From positions 5,015 to 69,014 of the forward strand of contig CAYOQI010000001.1 in the NCBI GenBank assembly GCA_964406075.1: DNA of 64,000 nucleotides, given 5' to 3'. Both the position numbers and the translations under genes were made by a program. Under the pieces are notes generated by a model. It had not been told where the DNA came from and made no database searches. It worked only from the letters and a program-made list of their open reading frames with translations. The DNA comes from an uncultured Pseudomonadales bacterium (GTDB lineage: Bacteria > Patescibacteriota > Microgenomatia > UBA1400 > PJMF01). Of this stretch, positions 53,716 to 63,650 are shown one piece after another (positions within the stretch are counted from its first letter, which is position 1; each line of letters begins with the position of its first letter).

Positions 53716-54339
53716 TTACCACTTCGAAATCATGGCCTGAGGAGTGTGAAAGAGAATCTTAATATCTTCGATAATACTTTTTTTGTTGGCATACTCAGCA
53801 TCCATTTTTGCTCGAACTATGAATGGAACTTCGTTTCGGCCACTTGTTTGCCAAGGTCCAGTAATTCCTGGTTTCACCGTCATAATTTCATTTACTAAAG
53901 CTTGTGTTTCAGGATATTTTTTAGTTTGCTCTTCAAGTTCTTTTAGCACATAGGCACGAGGGCCAACCATGCTCATCTCTCCTTTTAAGACATTATAAAA
54001 TTGTGGAAACTCATCAATAGTTAGTGATCGAAGGATTTTACCTAACTTGGTAATTCGGGGATCATTTTTCAGCTTCCAATCGCCTTTTTTAAATTCAGCT
54101 AACAATTTTGGATCTTGGCCACTATGGAGGTATTCATCGGCATCTTTTCTCATCGATCGAAATTTATACAACCGAAAAGGCGTTCCATTTTTCCCCACTC
54201 TTGTATGAGTAAAAATAATTGGGAACCCAGATTCCAAATAAATCAAAAAAGGAACAATAATCCAAATTGGTAGGAAGAGTAACATCAAAATCGAAGCAAC
54301 CAAAAGATCAAGCAGGCGTTTTTGAATTTCGTAATTCAT
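53716..54339 (-). CDS. polyprenyl-phosphate sugar-1-phosphate transferase (small PGT, WbaP/PglC-like)
   Basis: KRLLDLLVASIL..., PIIFTHTRVGKNGTPFRLYKFRSM and DEFPQFYNVLKGEMSMVGPRA motifs. Confidence 0.9.
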   Translation of the reverse strand: MNYEIQKRLLDLLVASILMLLFLPIWIIVPFLIYLESGFPIIFTHTRVGKNGTPFRLYKFRSMRKDADEYLHSGQDPKLLAEFKKGDWKLKNDPRITKLGKILRSLTIDEFPQFYNVLKGEMSMVGPRAYVLKELEEQTKKYPETQALVNEIMTVKPGITGPWQTSGRNEVPFIVRAKMDAEYANKKSIIEDIKILFHTPQAMISKW

Positions 54340-54347
54340 GAGATTGA

Positions 54348-55451
54348 TTAGAGGAACTTATCCTGTTTTTCTTCTTTTAAGCGTTCCACCAATTTCTTTA
54401 CATCTTGACTGCGTGATTTTGGAACGATCATCAAGATTTCTGGTGTATCAATAATGATCATATCATTTACACCAATTGTTGCCACTAATCGTCCATCAGC
54501 ATGAATCATATTTTGTTGAGATTCAATCAGGAGTGTATTGAATTGTTGTTCGTCACTGACGATCACATTGCCAGCTAAATCTTTTTTGCTCAATTCATAC
54601 ACCACTCGCCAATCTCCGACATCGTCCCATCCAAAATCACCAGGAATCAAAACAAGGTTATCGGCTTTTTCAGAAATGGCGTAATCGATGGAAATAGCTT
54701 CAGCAGATTTATATACAGCTGGGAGTGCTTCGTGAAATTCTTGGTTTTTTAATGTAGTTAAATGCTTGGTTTCTTCAAATAATTTCGGCATGTATTTCTC
54801 AAATGCGTCTTGTAATACCTGGGCTGACCAGACATACATATTGGCATTCCAGAAGTACTTTCCGGTTGATATAAATGCTTGGGCAGTCGGTTGATTGGGT
54901 TTTTCGGTGAAACTATCCACTTTAAATACTGATAGGCCACCTTCAACTTTTTTCAAATCTTCCCCAATTTTGATGTATCCAAATGCGGTAGAAGGAAAGT
55001 TTGGAGTAATACCGACAGCTACTAAGTGCTTGCCTTCGCTGGCTATGGTAATGGCTGCTTTCATGACTCGGACAAATTCACGTTCATCGGTAATCACATG
55101 ATCTGAGGCCTGATTGGCCACCACAGCTTCTGGGTCCAAAGATTTTGCATACAGTGCTCCAGTCAACATGGCTAGAGCCGTATCTCGTTTTTCAGGTTCA
55201 GCGATAATATTTTGTGCGGGAACTTCAGGTAACTGGACTTTTACTTCATCGACATACTTTTTATTCGTGACAACAATAATGTGATCCCAAGCCACGAGTT
55301 TAGTAGCTCGAAGGGTTGCGATTTGCATCATGGTATCTTTGCCAGTTAATTTAAGAAATTGTTTGGGTGAAGCATTACGAGATTTGGGCCAGAGACGTGT
55401 GCCACCACCACCAGCAAGAATGACGAAGTAGACGTGATCAAAAGATGTCAT
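54348..55451 (-). CDS. manC: mannose-1-phosphate guanylyltransferase
   Basis: ILAGGGGTRLWPKSR...PKQFL nucleotidyltransferase motif and a ManC-like C-terminal part. No PMI domain is present. Confidence 0.85.
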   Translation of the reverse strand: MTSFDHVYFVILAGGGGTRLWPKSRNASPKQFLKLTGKDTMMQIATLRATKLVAWDHIIVVTNKKYVDEVKVQLPEVPAQNIIAEPEKRDTALAMLTGALYAKSLDPEAVVANQASDHVITDEREFVRVMKAAITIASEGKHLVAVGITPNFPSTAFGYIKIGEDLKKVEGGLSVFKVDSFTEKPNQPTAQAFISTGKYFWNANMYVWSAQVLQDAFEKYMPKLFEETKHLTTLKNQEFHEALPAVYKSAEAISIDYAISEKADNLVLIPGDFGWDDVGDWRVVYELSKKDLAGNVIVSDEQQFNTLLIESQQNMIHADGRLVATIGVNDMIIIDTPEILMIVPKSRSQDVKKLVERLKEEKQDKFL

Positions 55452-55490
55452 ATGTCTTCCTTATGAATTGCAGATGTCTGCAATTACTCA

Positions 55491-56630
55491 TTAAGTAGAA
55501 GTAATATTTTTTAAATGACTTTCCCAGAGATCTTCCAATATTTTCAGGAACTTCTTTTGGAAAGACGCCTTATTATACTCCATTACTGATTCTGCAATAG
55601 CTTTTTTTTGCCAATGTATCTGTTTACTCTGGTGTAAAGCTTGTTCGAGAGTTTCTACTGTGATCGATTTCAGAAGTAATCCTGTTTTATTTTGTGTTAC
55701 TAACTCACCAACACCACTTTTTTCAGAGGTAATAAGAGGACATCCGGCACTGAGTGCTTCAAGTCCAGCGATACCAAAATCTTCTTCATTTGGTAAAACA
55801 AAAGCCTTAGCTTGAGAATAGAGATAGGCTAATTCTTGGGAAGAAACCCCTTCCAAAAAATGAATAAAATTTTCTCCATCTAAATCTTGAACTAATTGAA
55901 CCAGCCGATCTTTTTCCGGACCCTTTCCTACAATTTTTAAATTCCATTTATTTTTGATACATACTTTGATAGCCAGATCAATATTTTTGTATGGAACTAG
56001 TCGGGAAACTATTAAAAAATACAACTCACTTGGTTTAGTTGGCAATTCATCAACTGTAGGCAAAGGAACAAAAGGAGGATAAACAACTGCATTGACTTCT
56101 CTTTTATAGTATTTCTTGGTTCTGTTTGCCGTGATGTTTGAAATAGAAATAAGATGATTTGGTCGTTGGGCAGCTTTAAAATCCCAAAATCTCAGTTGTG
56201 AAAAAATAAATGCTTTGAGTGGCTTCAGTATTCCTGTTTCGTATTCAAGATAGTGGCTCCATAAATATCGAGTCGGCGTTAGCAGATAACACACGTGAAG
56301 TTGGTTGGCATGAGTTAAAACGCCTTTGGCTTCGGCACTGCTAATTGAAAGTACGATGTCAAATTCTTTTAACTCAAGCGATTCGAAGGCTTTTGGCATG
56401 AGTGCAACAAATTGGCGATGATGAGATTTTGCAAAGGGAATATGTTGAAGAAATGATGGTCGAACACCAAAGACTTTCGCCCACTTGGCCTGATTGGAGT
56501 CATAAACTGAAGTAAACAAGGGAGCATTCGGAAAGAGTTCATGCAAAGCTACCAAAACCTGTTCCGCACCCCCAAACGGTGTATTTACTCGATCGTATAC
56601 CAAAGCAATTTTATTTTTTCTCAAAGACAT
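55491..56630 (-). CDS. GT4 (GT-B) glycosyltransferase
   Basis: VSRLVPYKNIDL and the E(x7)E region EDFGIAGLEALSAGCPLI. Confidence 0.85.
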   Translation of the reverse strand: MSLRKNKIALVYDRVNTPFGGAEQVLVALHELFPNAPLFTSVYDSNQAKWAKVFGVRPSFLQHIPFAKSHHRQFVALMPKAFESLELKEFDIVLSISSAEAKGVLTHANQLHVCYLLTPTRYLWSHYLEYETGILKPLKAFIFSQLRFWDFKAAQRPNHLISISNITANRTKKYYKREVNAVVYPPFVPLPTVDELPTKPSELYFLIVSRLVPYKNIDLAIKVCIKNKWNLKIVGKGPEKDRLVQLVQDLDGENFIHFLEGVSSQELAYLYSQAKAFVLPNEEDFGIAGLEALSAGCPLITSEKSGVGELVTQNKTGLLLKSITVETLEQALHQSKQIHWQKKAIAESVMEYNKASFQKKFLKILEDLWESHLKNITST

Positions 56631-56649
56631 ACCTGGTACGAATTTTATC

Positions 56650-57294
56650 CTATTTTGAAAGAAGAAGGGGTTTTCTTTTGGCGAATAAAAAAAGTAGAAA
56701 AGACTGAATCCAGGTTAAGAGAAGAACTGTGATGGCTGATGCAATCCAAAATTGTTCTGGGAAGAGTTGAATAATTAAACTTTCTTCTGGAAAGCCCCAG
56801 TTTCCTTGTGGAAAAAAAACCTGGTGAAAAAGAGTAAAAAAAGCATTCCAGAAAAAAATGACTGCAACTAGGCACACCAAAATTAAAATGTTTACTACCC
56901 AAAAAGTTGATGTAAATATATGTCTGAGTTGACTGAATTTCTTTTGTTGAATAAATATTCCGAGTAAAAAGAGAAAAATAATGAGTATGAAATTATGAAA
57001 AGAAAAAAATGTTTGACTGAGTTTTTTAACATCATTCATGTGAGATTGTTCTGACAAGGTGATGGTGATTAGATATCCATTAGGGTCAACCAGTTGAAAA
57101 ACATCTTTTTTATCGAGCAAACTGTGAACGGAATTTTTTCTGAGGAGACTTTGTGTTTCTGTTGATAGTTGAGCAGACGGCCCAATTCCATCCGTTACAT
57201 TCATATAAGTTGGCGTAAAAACCATTCTCACAGAATTCCCAACTAATATAAAAAGAAACAGAAACAATACAAACCAATGAAAGAATTTGCCCAT
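56650..57294 (-). CDS. TIGR01906/DUF1461 (Lit-like) integral membrane protein
   Basis: FFTLFHQVFFPQGNWGFPEESLIIQLFPEQFW matches the DUF1461 signature, and four TM helices are present. Confidence 0.65.
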   Translation of the reverse strand: MGKFFHWFVLFLFLFILVGNSVRMVFTPTYMNVTDGIGPSAQLSTETQSLLRKNSVHSLLDKKDVFQLVDPNGYLITITLSEQSHMNDVKKLSQTFFSFHNFILIIFLFLLGIFIQQKKFSQLRHIFTSTFWVVNILILVCLVAVIFFWNAFFTLFHQVFFPQGNWGFPEESLIIQLFPEQFWIASAITVLLLTWIQSFLLFLFAKRKPLLLSK

Positions 57295-57311
57295 ATTTTA
57301 AAGAGTTTGAT

Positions 57312-58466
57312 TTATTGCAAAATATTGAAGTAAGACTGTAGAGTTTCTTCAGCCATTTTTTTCCAACTATATTGTGAAACGACATGTTGAGACTTTTTAC
57401 TTAACTCTGCTTTATTTGATTCAGAATTTTTCACTGCTTTTACAAATGAAAGTGAATCGTGTGGATTAAAATATATCGCACCATCTTGATAAATTTCTTT
57501 AAAAATTGGAATATCTGAACAAATTACAGTTCCTCCAGCAGACATGGCTTCTAAACCCGTTAAACCAAATCCTTCCGATAAAGAAGGTTGAATGAGCGCT
57601 TGAGCCTGTTGAATTAATTCGACAATATTCTCATCTGTTTGATATCCAAGGAAGGTGACTTGTTGTTCCAAGTTTTTCTTTTTAACTTCTTCTAAAGTTT
57701 TATCTGCAAACACATCGCGCGCACCAACTAAAATGAGCTGGTAATCAGGTAATTTTTGAAGAGCATCAAGCACGACCGTAATATTTTTATGCGGATAGAG
57801 TGAGCCAACATACAATAAAAATTTCGTATTGGTTTTTTTAGCATTCTTTTTAATATGAAATTGTGGGCTAACACCTTCTTTTGTAACGACAATCTTAGAC
57901 TCAACTTCAGGATAATATTTAGTAACTATTTTTTTAATTGTTTCTGCTGGCACAAAAATTTGTTGAGCATTCTTCACAGCTTTTCCAGTTAACCATTTAT
58001 AGGCGGAATGTTTAAATCGATATTGCCAAGATGGAAGCGTTGTGACATCTGATCCCTGGTACTCGTGCCAGAGCAGATCATGAATTGTCACAACAATTTT
58101 TCCTGAATAAAAGTAAGGAATATTGAAGTGTGGAATATGCAGAAGATCGAGATTTATTGATGAAAAAATTCCAGGCATGCTCAGTTGTTCACGAAGTGTG
58201 TAGTGACGTATTGGAGCATAGTGAACAGTTAAATCACTATCATTAAAACTGGCTCCCAATACTTCCTTTGCCTGCTGCTCATCAAAAAAGAAAAAGTGCC
58301 ACTTAACAGAAGTGTTATCTAATTTAAGTAGTTCTAAGATTAAATTTTGAATGTATCGTCCAATTCCTCCATGTCTTACTCCACTTAACCGAGCATCTAT
58401 TCCTATTTGGAAAGTTGGTTGATTAGTTGGATCGTTGGTCGGCTGGTCGGTGGATTCATTCATCAA
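57312..58466 (-). CDS. GT4 (GT-B) glycosyltransferase
   Basis: GSLYPHKNI and SLSEGFGLTGLEAMSAGGTVICSD. Confidence 0.85.
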   Translation of the reverse strand: MMNESTDQPTNDPTNQPTFQIGIDARLSGVRHGGIGRYIQNLILELLKLDNTSVKWHFFFFDEQQAKEVLGASFNDSDLTVHYAPIRHYTLREQLSMPGIFSSINLDLLHIPHFNIPYFYSGKIVVTIHDLLWHEYQGSDVTTLPSWQYRFKHSAYKWLTGKAVKNAQQIFVPAETIKKIVTKYYPEVESKIVVTKEGVSPQFHIKKNAKKTNTKFLLYVGSLYPHKNITVVLDALQKLPDYQLILVGARDVFADKTLEEVKKKNLEQQVTFLGYQTDENIVELIQQAQALIQPSLSEGFGLTGLEAMSAGGTVICSDIPIFKEIYQDGAIYFNPHDSLSFVKAVKNSESNKAELSKKSQHVVSQYSWKKMAEETLQSYFNILQ

Positions 58467-58490
58467 CTAAGTATAACTCAGTTTAGTTGC

Positions 58491-58515
58491 TTTCCCCTCT
58501 TTTAAAGAGGGGAAA
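58491..58515. repeat. perfect palindrome TTTCCCCTCTTttAAGAGGGGAAA
   Basis: 11-bp arms, related to GTTTCCC...GGGAAAC at 32436-32458. Confidence 0.5.
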
Positions 58516-58558
58516 TACAAAGGGGAGTTGATATTAAAAGCGGGATTAACATAAAAAA

Positions 58559-58579
58559 AACTCCCCAGTCTGGGGAGTT
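58559..58579. terminator. bidirectional terminator hairpin
   Basis: AACTCCCC agtc TGGGGAGTT, flanked by A8 upstream and T-runs downstream. Confidence 0.6.
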
Positions 58580-58600
58580 TTTAATTTTTTTAAAGAAAAA

Positions 58601-59026
58601 TTACTTTCGAGTAACTTTTTTAGCAGGTGCACGACGTGTTGTTCGAGCAACAGTTGTTTCACTTGCATCAGCCATCAAAGTTGATCGTGAAGCAGAAGTG
58701 TCATAACTTGAAGAACTGAGAGATGATCCTTCCATTTCTCTTTCAAGTTTGGCAATTTGACGCATTTTGCCAATGGATTTTAATGTTGCATATGCAAAAA
58801 ATAAGACGGCAACGCCAAAAGAAGCAACTGGAATGTATTGCATAACAGGTGGTTCTGCGGTCAATTGTTGATCAGCGTACGCGTAGGTATACAGAATACT
58901 TGGCAAGAAAATAGTTACCATAACAGCTAAAATAAAGACAGCAATGGTCTCAATACCGAGAATCATTTTGTCCAATCGAAGTTGTTGGATTTTAAATTGT
59001 TGAGAGGAATACATAGAACCTTTCAA
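58601..59026 (-). CDS. hypothetical two-TM membrane protein (141 aa)
   Basis: Two hydrophobic helices and a Ser- and Arg-rich tail. Confidence 0.55.
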   Translation of the reverse strand: MKGSMYSSQQFKIQQLRLDKMILGIETIAVFILAVMVTIFLPSILYTYAYADQQLTAEPPVMQYIPVASFGVAVLFFAYATLKSIGKMRQIAKLEREMEGSSLSSSSYDTSASRSTLMADASETTVARTTRRAPAKKVTRK

Positions 59027-59128
59027 TAGTGTGTAATGTACAAACGTAAGCTTGATGATAAATCAAAAGACTGAATCAATCAATCTCTGGATATAAGAAT
59101 CCATTTTTCAATCAATTGAAAACGAATA

Positions 59129-60001
59129 CTACTTTTTTTTCAATTTCTTTAAAACTTCAACTCCGGTATGAATCAGCTGTTTTTTAATTGGGGAATTATT
59201 TCCATAATGTTTTTGGTAATACTGCTTCATCGTTTCAAAGAAATGATGATTCGCGGTTGAAGATGTTTTTTTTGAAGTATTTTTTAATCCTGATTTATAT
59301 TTATGATGTAACACAGTTGCTTGAGGAAAGTAGACAATTTTAAATCCCGCTTCTCGAACTCTTCGGCACCAATCCAAGTCTTCCGCATACATAAAAAATT
59401 GTTCATCGAGTCCACCAACTTGCTGAATAACAGATGCTCTCACAATCATAGCAGCGCCACTGCAGGCATCAATTTCATGTGTTTCGTCAAAATTTTTCCA
59501 TGTCTGATGATACTTCCCAAACATTTTTGAATCGGGAAAAAATTGTTCAGCTTTGCCAAAATAAGTGATAGCTGCCCAAGGTGTTGGTTCACCTCGATGT
59601 GATGCCAGATCGAGTGAGCCATCCGGAAGTTCGAGCCTAGGTGTTAACATTCCGACAGCGTTATTCTCATCTAAGTACTCAATGATGCTTTTGAGATCTG
59701 TTTTTCCGGTAAACTCTGCGTCCGAGTTCAATAACATCACATAGCGACCTTGTGCGATTTTGATACCTAAGTTATTGCCTTTGGCAAAGCCACCATTTTC
59801 TTTTGAAACAATTAAATCCACCCACCGAAATTTTTTTCGAACCATTTCCACTGAATCATCAGAACTTGCGTTATCCACTACAATCACTTCTTTTTTAATT
59901 GATGACGAAGCAAAAGTGTCAATTGAATTCAATACATTTTCCAACCAGTCAGAAGTGTTGTAATTGAGAATGATGATGGAGAGGTCAAATTTAGATGACA
60001 T
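59129..60001 (-). CDS. GT2 glycosyltransferase
   Basis: LSIIILNYNT, VVDNASSDDS, LLNSDAEF and AEDLDWCRR, resembling rhamnosyltransferase-like GT2 enzymes. Confidence 0.85.
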   Translation of the reverse strand: MSSKFDLSIIILNYNTSDWLENVLNSIDTFASSSIKKEVIVVDNASSDDSVEMVRKKFRWVDLIVSKENGGFAKGNNLGIKIAQGRYVMLLNSDAEFTGKTDLKSIIEYLDENNAVGMLTPRLELPDGSLDLASHRGEPTPWAAITYFGKAEQFFPDSKMFGKYHQTWKNFDETHEIDACSGAAMIVRASVIQQVGGLDEQFFMYAEDLDWCRRVREAGFKIVYFPQATVLHHKYKSGLKNTSKKTSSTANHHFFETMKQYYQKHYGNNSPIKKQLIHTGVEVLKKLKKK

Positions 60002-60915
60002 TACTTTCCTTCAATTTTCAATTCCGAATAAGCTTTTAATCCAGTGAAACCTAAAGCTAAGATAGCCCATGGGAAAGTTTGAATTCGAACAATATTTTCT
60101 AAACTAATCTTAGCAGTCATTTTTGTTAGATCATTCATTCTACTTTCATCACTGCGCTGTTTCATTGAAGATCGTTGTAAAAGCACCCCTTCCCATGCAA
60201 GTTTGGTCGAGTGGTTCAACTTTCCTAACCTTACTTTATTTACAGCAAGAGCAGACAGCATTGCTGCTTCGTATTTATCTTCCGCTTGATAATCTACTAT
60301 TTGAGGCAGTCTTCCAAAAATAGTTGCTATCTCTTGTTTCACTTTTTTTTTGCCAGTAGGCTTTTCTATTTTTCCGTTTCTTTGTGAACGAAGATCTAAT
60401 AATCGAGCTTCTAAATCTTCAATTGCATCCGAATAGATAATGAGTGCTTCATCCGGTTTATCCATCCTCTCTAGAGTTATCCCCTTGTCTTGAGCAATTT
60501 CTCCACTCCAATCAATTGAGGCACCGTGGATAGTTTCTGGATAAGCGTTTTCTGGAGGAATCTTAGAATAAACTGTTGAATGAACATCATTAATGCAATC
60601 CAATACAATTTTTTTATCTGTAAAAACAAGTGAAGACTTTAGCTGAGTATTTAAATCAACAATCCTGATTCGAGCCAAACCTAACAAACCGATTGCTAGC
60701 CAACATAAAAATAATTGTTTTCTTTCTTCTCTTGAAGAAAAACTCTCTTCAATAACTTGTTGATTGTTATCAATTCTTCCTCCTGTTGTCCAGTGAGAAT
60801 AGATACGTTCGACCTCTTCATGGTCACCATCACCCATTGCTTTACTTGCCGAGGTTACATCATTTTTTAAAGATCTAATTAAAGTGATTGGTGAAACTAT
60901 TTTTTCAGTGTTCAT
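60001..60915 (-). CDS. hypothetical protein (304 aa) inside the glycan operon
   Basis: Intact ORF with overlaps at both ends (1 nt and 4 nt) and one or two hydrophobic segments. No family recognised. Confidence 0.55.
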   Translation of the reverse strand: MNTEKIVSPITLIRSLKNDVTSASKAMGDGDHEEVERIYSHWTTGGRIDNNQQVIEESFSSREERKQLFLCWLAIGLLGLARIRIVDLNTQLKSSLVFTDKKIVLDCINDVHSTVYSKIPPENAYPETIHGASIDWSGEIAQDKGITLERMDKPDEALIIYSDAIEDLEARLLDLRSQRNGKIEKPTGKKKVKQEIATIFGRLPQIVDYQAEDKYEAAMLSALAVNKVRLGKLNHSTKLAWEGVLLQRSSMKQRSDESRMNDLTKMTAKISLENIVRIQTFPWAILALGFTGLKAYSELKIEGK

Positions 60916-62111
60916 CCTTTTCTTCCTAACGTTTGATAGATTCCATCTAGTTTTTGGCTAATGGTTTTCCAGTCATACCGTTCAGTTACAAACCGTTTCC
61001 CGTTTTTGGCAAGTTTTTTTTGTAATCCTGTATCATTCAGTAATTGAACTGTTAGTTCCGCCATTTCCTCAGCATTCTTTCCCACAAGTACCTCTTCCCC
61101 ATTTTTCACCCCTAAACCTTCGACAGCAGTGGGTGTTGCAACGATTGGAGTTTCAGATGCCATGGCTTCTAAAATTTTGTATCGGGTACCTTTCCCACTA
61201 AAGACTGGAGCAAGCAAGACATGGGCACCGTTAAACGCATCTCGAATATCTGGAATTCCTCCAGTGACAGTAATGGCGGAATCTTTTTGATGAAAATTCA
61301 TAATTTCAGGTGTTGGCGCATTTCCGACAATCCACAACTGAGCATTTTCAACTTTTTGTTTCACCTTAGGCCAGACTTCGTGGACAAGAAACTTTACAGC
61401 CTCAACATTTGGTAACCAGTTAAACGTTCCGACGAAAAGAATGGTTGGTTTATCAGGCAAATTTTTATTTTTTTCTTCAAACCATTTCACGTCTACCCCA
61501 TTGGAAACAACTTCTATTTTTTGAACATTCCCAATTGCTTGACCAATAAATTCTCGATCTTCTTCACTCATTGCGATTAATTTCGTACAACTTCTCCAGT
61601 AAAATTCTTCCCAGCGTCGAATTTTGGCAATGTCGATATTTAACAACGGTTTTAAGAAAATTGAAGAAACTTTTTTGCCAAAACTTTCATAGCCAAGATA
61701 TTCGATTGTTTGCTCCACTAAAATAATTGGAACCTCAGTGTCTGGAATATTCGGCATCATGTAAAACGTTTCAGCGTGAATGAGATCGTAGTGTGTTTGT
61801 GCGAGTTCTTTAATGACAGCTTTTTTGGTTTCAGGAGTAAAGTTCCGAATCACTAAAAAGGGATAACTTGAAAGTGCTGTATTAATGATATTTCGAATGG
61901 TGAATGGTTTTTGGGAGCGTTTAAAAACCTCCACTTTATGACAGTACTTTTGAAGTTCAGGAATATATTGACGCTCACTCTCTTCTTTGATTAAAGCAAA
62001 AAGTGTGACCTCATGAGACTTGGCCAATTTCTTAAGTAAGTTATAGGTACGAATCTGCCCACCCGAAAGTAAAGGATACGGAAGATATGGGGTTAACATT
62101 AAAATACGCAT
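60912..62111 (-). CDS. GT4 (GT-B) glycosyltransferase
   Basis: FVGTFNWLPN and GKGTRYKILEAMASETPIVATP. Confidence 0.85.
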   Translation of the reverse strand: MRILMLTPYLPYPLLSGGQIRTYNLLKKLAKSHEVTLFALIKEESERQYIPELQKYCHKVEVFKRSQKPFTIRNIINTALSSYPFLVIRNFTPETKKAVIKELAQTHYDLIHAETFYMMPNIPDTEVPIILVEQTIEYLGYESFGKKVSSIFLKPLLNIDIAKIRRWEEFYWRSCTKLIAMSEEDREFIGQAIGNVQKIEVVSNGVDVKWFEEKNKNLPDKPTILFVGTFNWLPNVEAVKFLVHEVWPKVKQKVENAQLWIVGNAPTPEIMNFHQKDSAITVTGGIPDIRDAFNGAHVLLAPVFSGKGTRYKILEAMASETPIVATPTAVEGLGVKNGEEVLVGKNAEEMAELTVQLLNDTGLQKKLAKNGKRFVTERYDWKTISQKLDGIYQTLGRKG

Positions 62112-62162
62112 GTCTTGATTGTATCGGATTTTTAACGAAAAAATCGTGATAATATTAATATT

Positions 62163-62585
62163 ATGCTTGATCTAATTGAATATCGAGATCCCCAATATGA
62201 AGAATTACGCCCTGAAGAAGTGGTAGATGCGATTAAAAATAAAGGATTAATGTGTTTAATTATCTGTAAAAAAGGAATTAGTCGTAGTGGTGATTTTGCA
62301 AAAATATTAAATAAAAATGGCTTTCGCTCACTTAAACTTCAAGGTGGACTTGAAGGTTTAGGAAAAATGAGTGATGAGGAAATTATCAAATTTGGAGAGG
62401 ATTTACGTTTGCTTCCAGGATTATTCATTTCAACCACTCGTTTTGAAGCCAATTTGGAAGAATACAAAAAAACGATTAAATTACTTGAACAAGGTTTAGG
62501 CAAACCTATTTTAATTGAATCTGATGCAGTTGTAGCTTGTGTCTTGATGAAAAAGGCAATGGAGCTAAAAGAAAAATCCAATTAA
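62163..62585 (+). CDS. rhodanese-like domain protein
   Basis: IICKKGISRSGDFAKILNKNGFRSLKLQGGLEG resembles the CxxGxR(S/T) rhodanese active-site loop and the following GG motif. Confidence 0.5.
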   Translation: MLDLIEYRDPQYEELRPEEVVDAIKNKGLMCLIICKKGISRSGDFAKILNKNGFRSLKLQGGLEGLGKMSDEEIIKFGEDLRLLPGLFISTTRFEANLEEYKKTIKLLEQGLGKPILIESDAVVACVLMKKAMELKEKSN

Positions 62586-62587
62586 AG

Positions 62588-62992
62588 TCATCTTTTTTTT
62601 TCAGATTTCACTTTTTGAATTCGTTCAATTTCTGCTTGTGCTTTGTCATGAACTTTTTTAAATTCACTTTGTAACTCATCGAGTTCATTGTCAGATAAGT
62701 TCTCAATATCAACCATACTATTTCTCGCACCTTTGACAGCTTTAATCAGCTCATCCAGCTTAAGATGCACAGCACGACCATCTCTATTTTGTGTATTTTG
62801 AATAAGAAAAACCATTAAAAAAGTTGCAATAGTTGTTCCCGTGTTAATAAAAAGCTGCCAAGTATTTGAAAAGTTAAAAAGCGGTCCTGTTACCGCCCAA
62901 GTAATAATGACGATTAAAGCAAATATAAAAGCTATAGGTGATCCCATAGCATTTGAAACAATTGCAGCTAATTTTCTAAAGCCTTCTTGCAT
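62588..62992 (-). CDS. low-affinity iron permease family protein
   Basis: GSPIAFIFALIVIITWAVTGPLFNFSNTWQLFINTGTTIATFLMVFLIQNTQNRD is typical of PF04120. Confidence 0.75.
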   Translation of the reverse strand: MQEGFRKLAAIVSNAMGSPIAFIFALIVIITWAVTGPLFNFSNTWQLFINTGTTIATFLMVFLIQNTQNRDGRAVHLKLDELIKAVKGARNSMVDIENLSDNELDELQSEFKKVHDKAQAEIERIQKVKSEKKR

Positions 62993-62993
62993 A

Positions 62994-63470
62994 TTATTTT
63001 AAGTTTTGATTTATTTCTGCGACTCCACCACCATTCCATTTTGTTATGCTATTTCCCTCTGTATCAACTTGAACAAGCGTGTGTTGATATGTCACAGCAT
63101 ACTTGGTTTTAAGTTCTGTTTCAGAATCGTAATCAACCTTAAAAATCGTAACATTATTTGGAAGTTGTGAAATATTTGATATTAATTCTTTATCAAGTGC
63201 TTGGCAGGTTGGGCACCAGCTTGCATGGAAAAATAAAACTGCTTTGCCATTCAAGGCGGCATCTTTAACGAGTGAGGCATCATATGTCATGTAGTTTGCT
63301 GGAACTACTCTGGTAATTTCATTTGTGGAAACGGGTGTGGCATCGGTGATTGGTTCACCGGCTATCACTTGATCACCTTCAGAAACTGAAGGAATGTTGA
63401 TTTGTTTTTGGCAAGCTACGAGGATGATACTTGAAACAAAGAGGATGGAGATTGAAATAAGTTTTTTCAT
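62994..63470 (-). CDS. thioredoxin-fold lipoprotein
   Basis: Lipobox IILVAC and the WCPTC active site within FFHASWCPTCQALDKEL. Confidence 0.8.
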   Translation of the reverse strand: MKKLISISILFVSSIILVACQKQINIPSVSEGDQVIAGEPITDATPVSTNEITRVVPANYMTYDASLVKDAALNGKAVLFFHASWCPTCQALDKELISNISQLPNNVTIFKVDYDSETELKTKYAVTYQHTLVQVDTEGNSITKWNGGGVAEINQNLK

Positions 63471-63650
63471 TGACGTACTCTTTGATTCAGGTCTATGTGT
63501 AATGTCGTTGTCATAATAGCATTTGTTTTGTTTAAAAAAAAAGATCCAATCCTCAAGAGGAAATCTGACTTTTCGTAAGAACTGTTACTTGCAGACAGAA
63601 CCGGTGATTATCTATACTGAGTGTTGAGTAATTTTTTTTGAAGATATACT

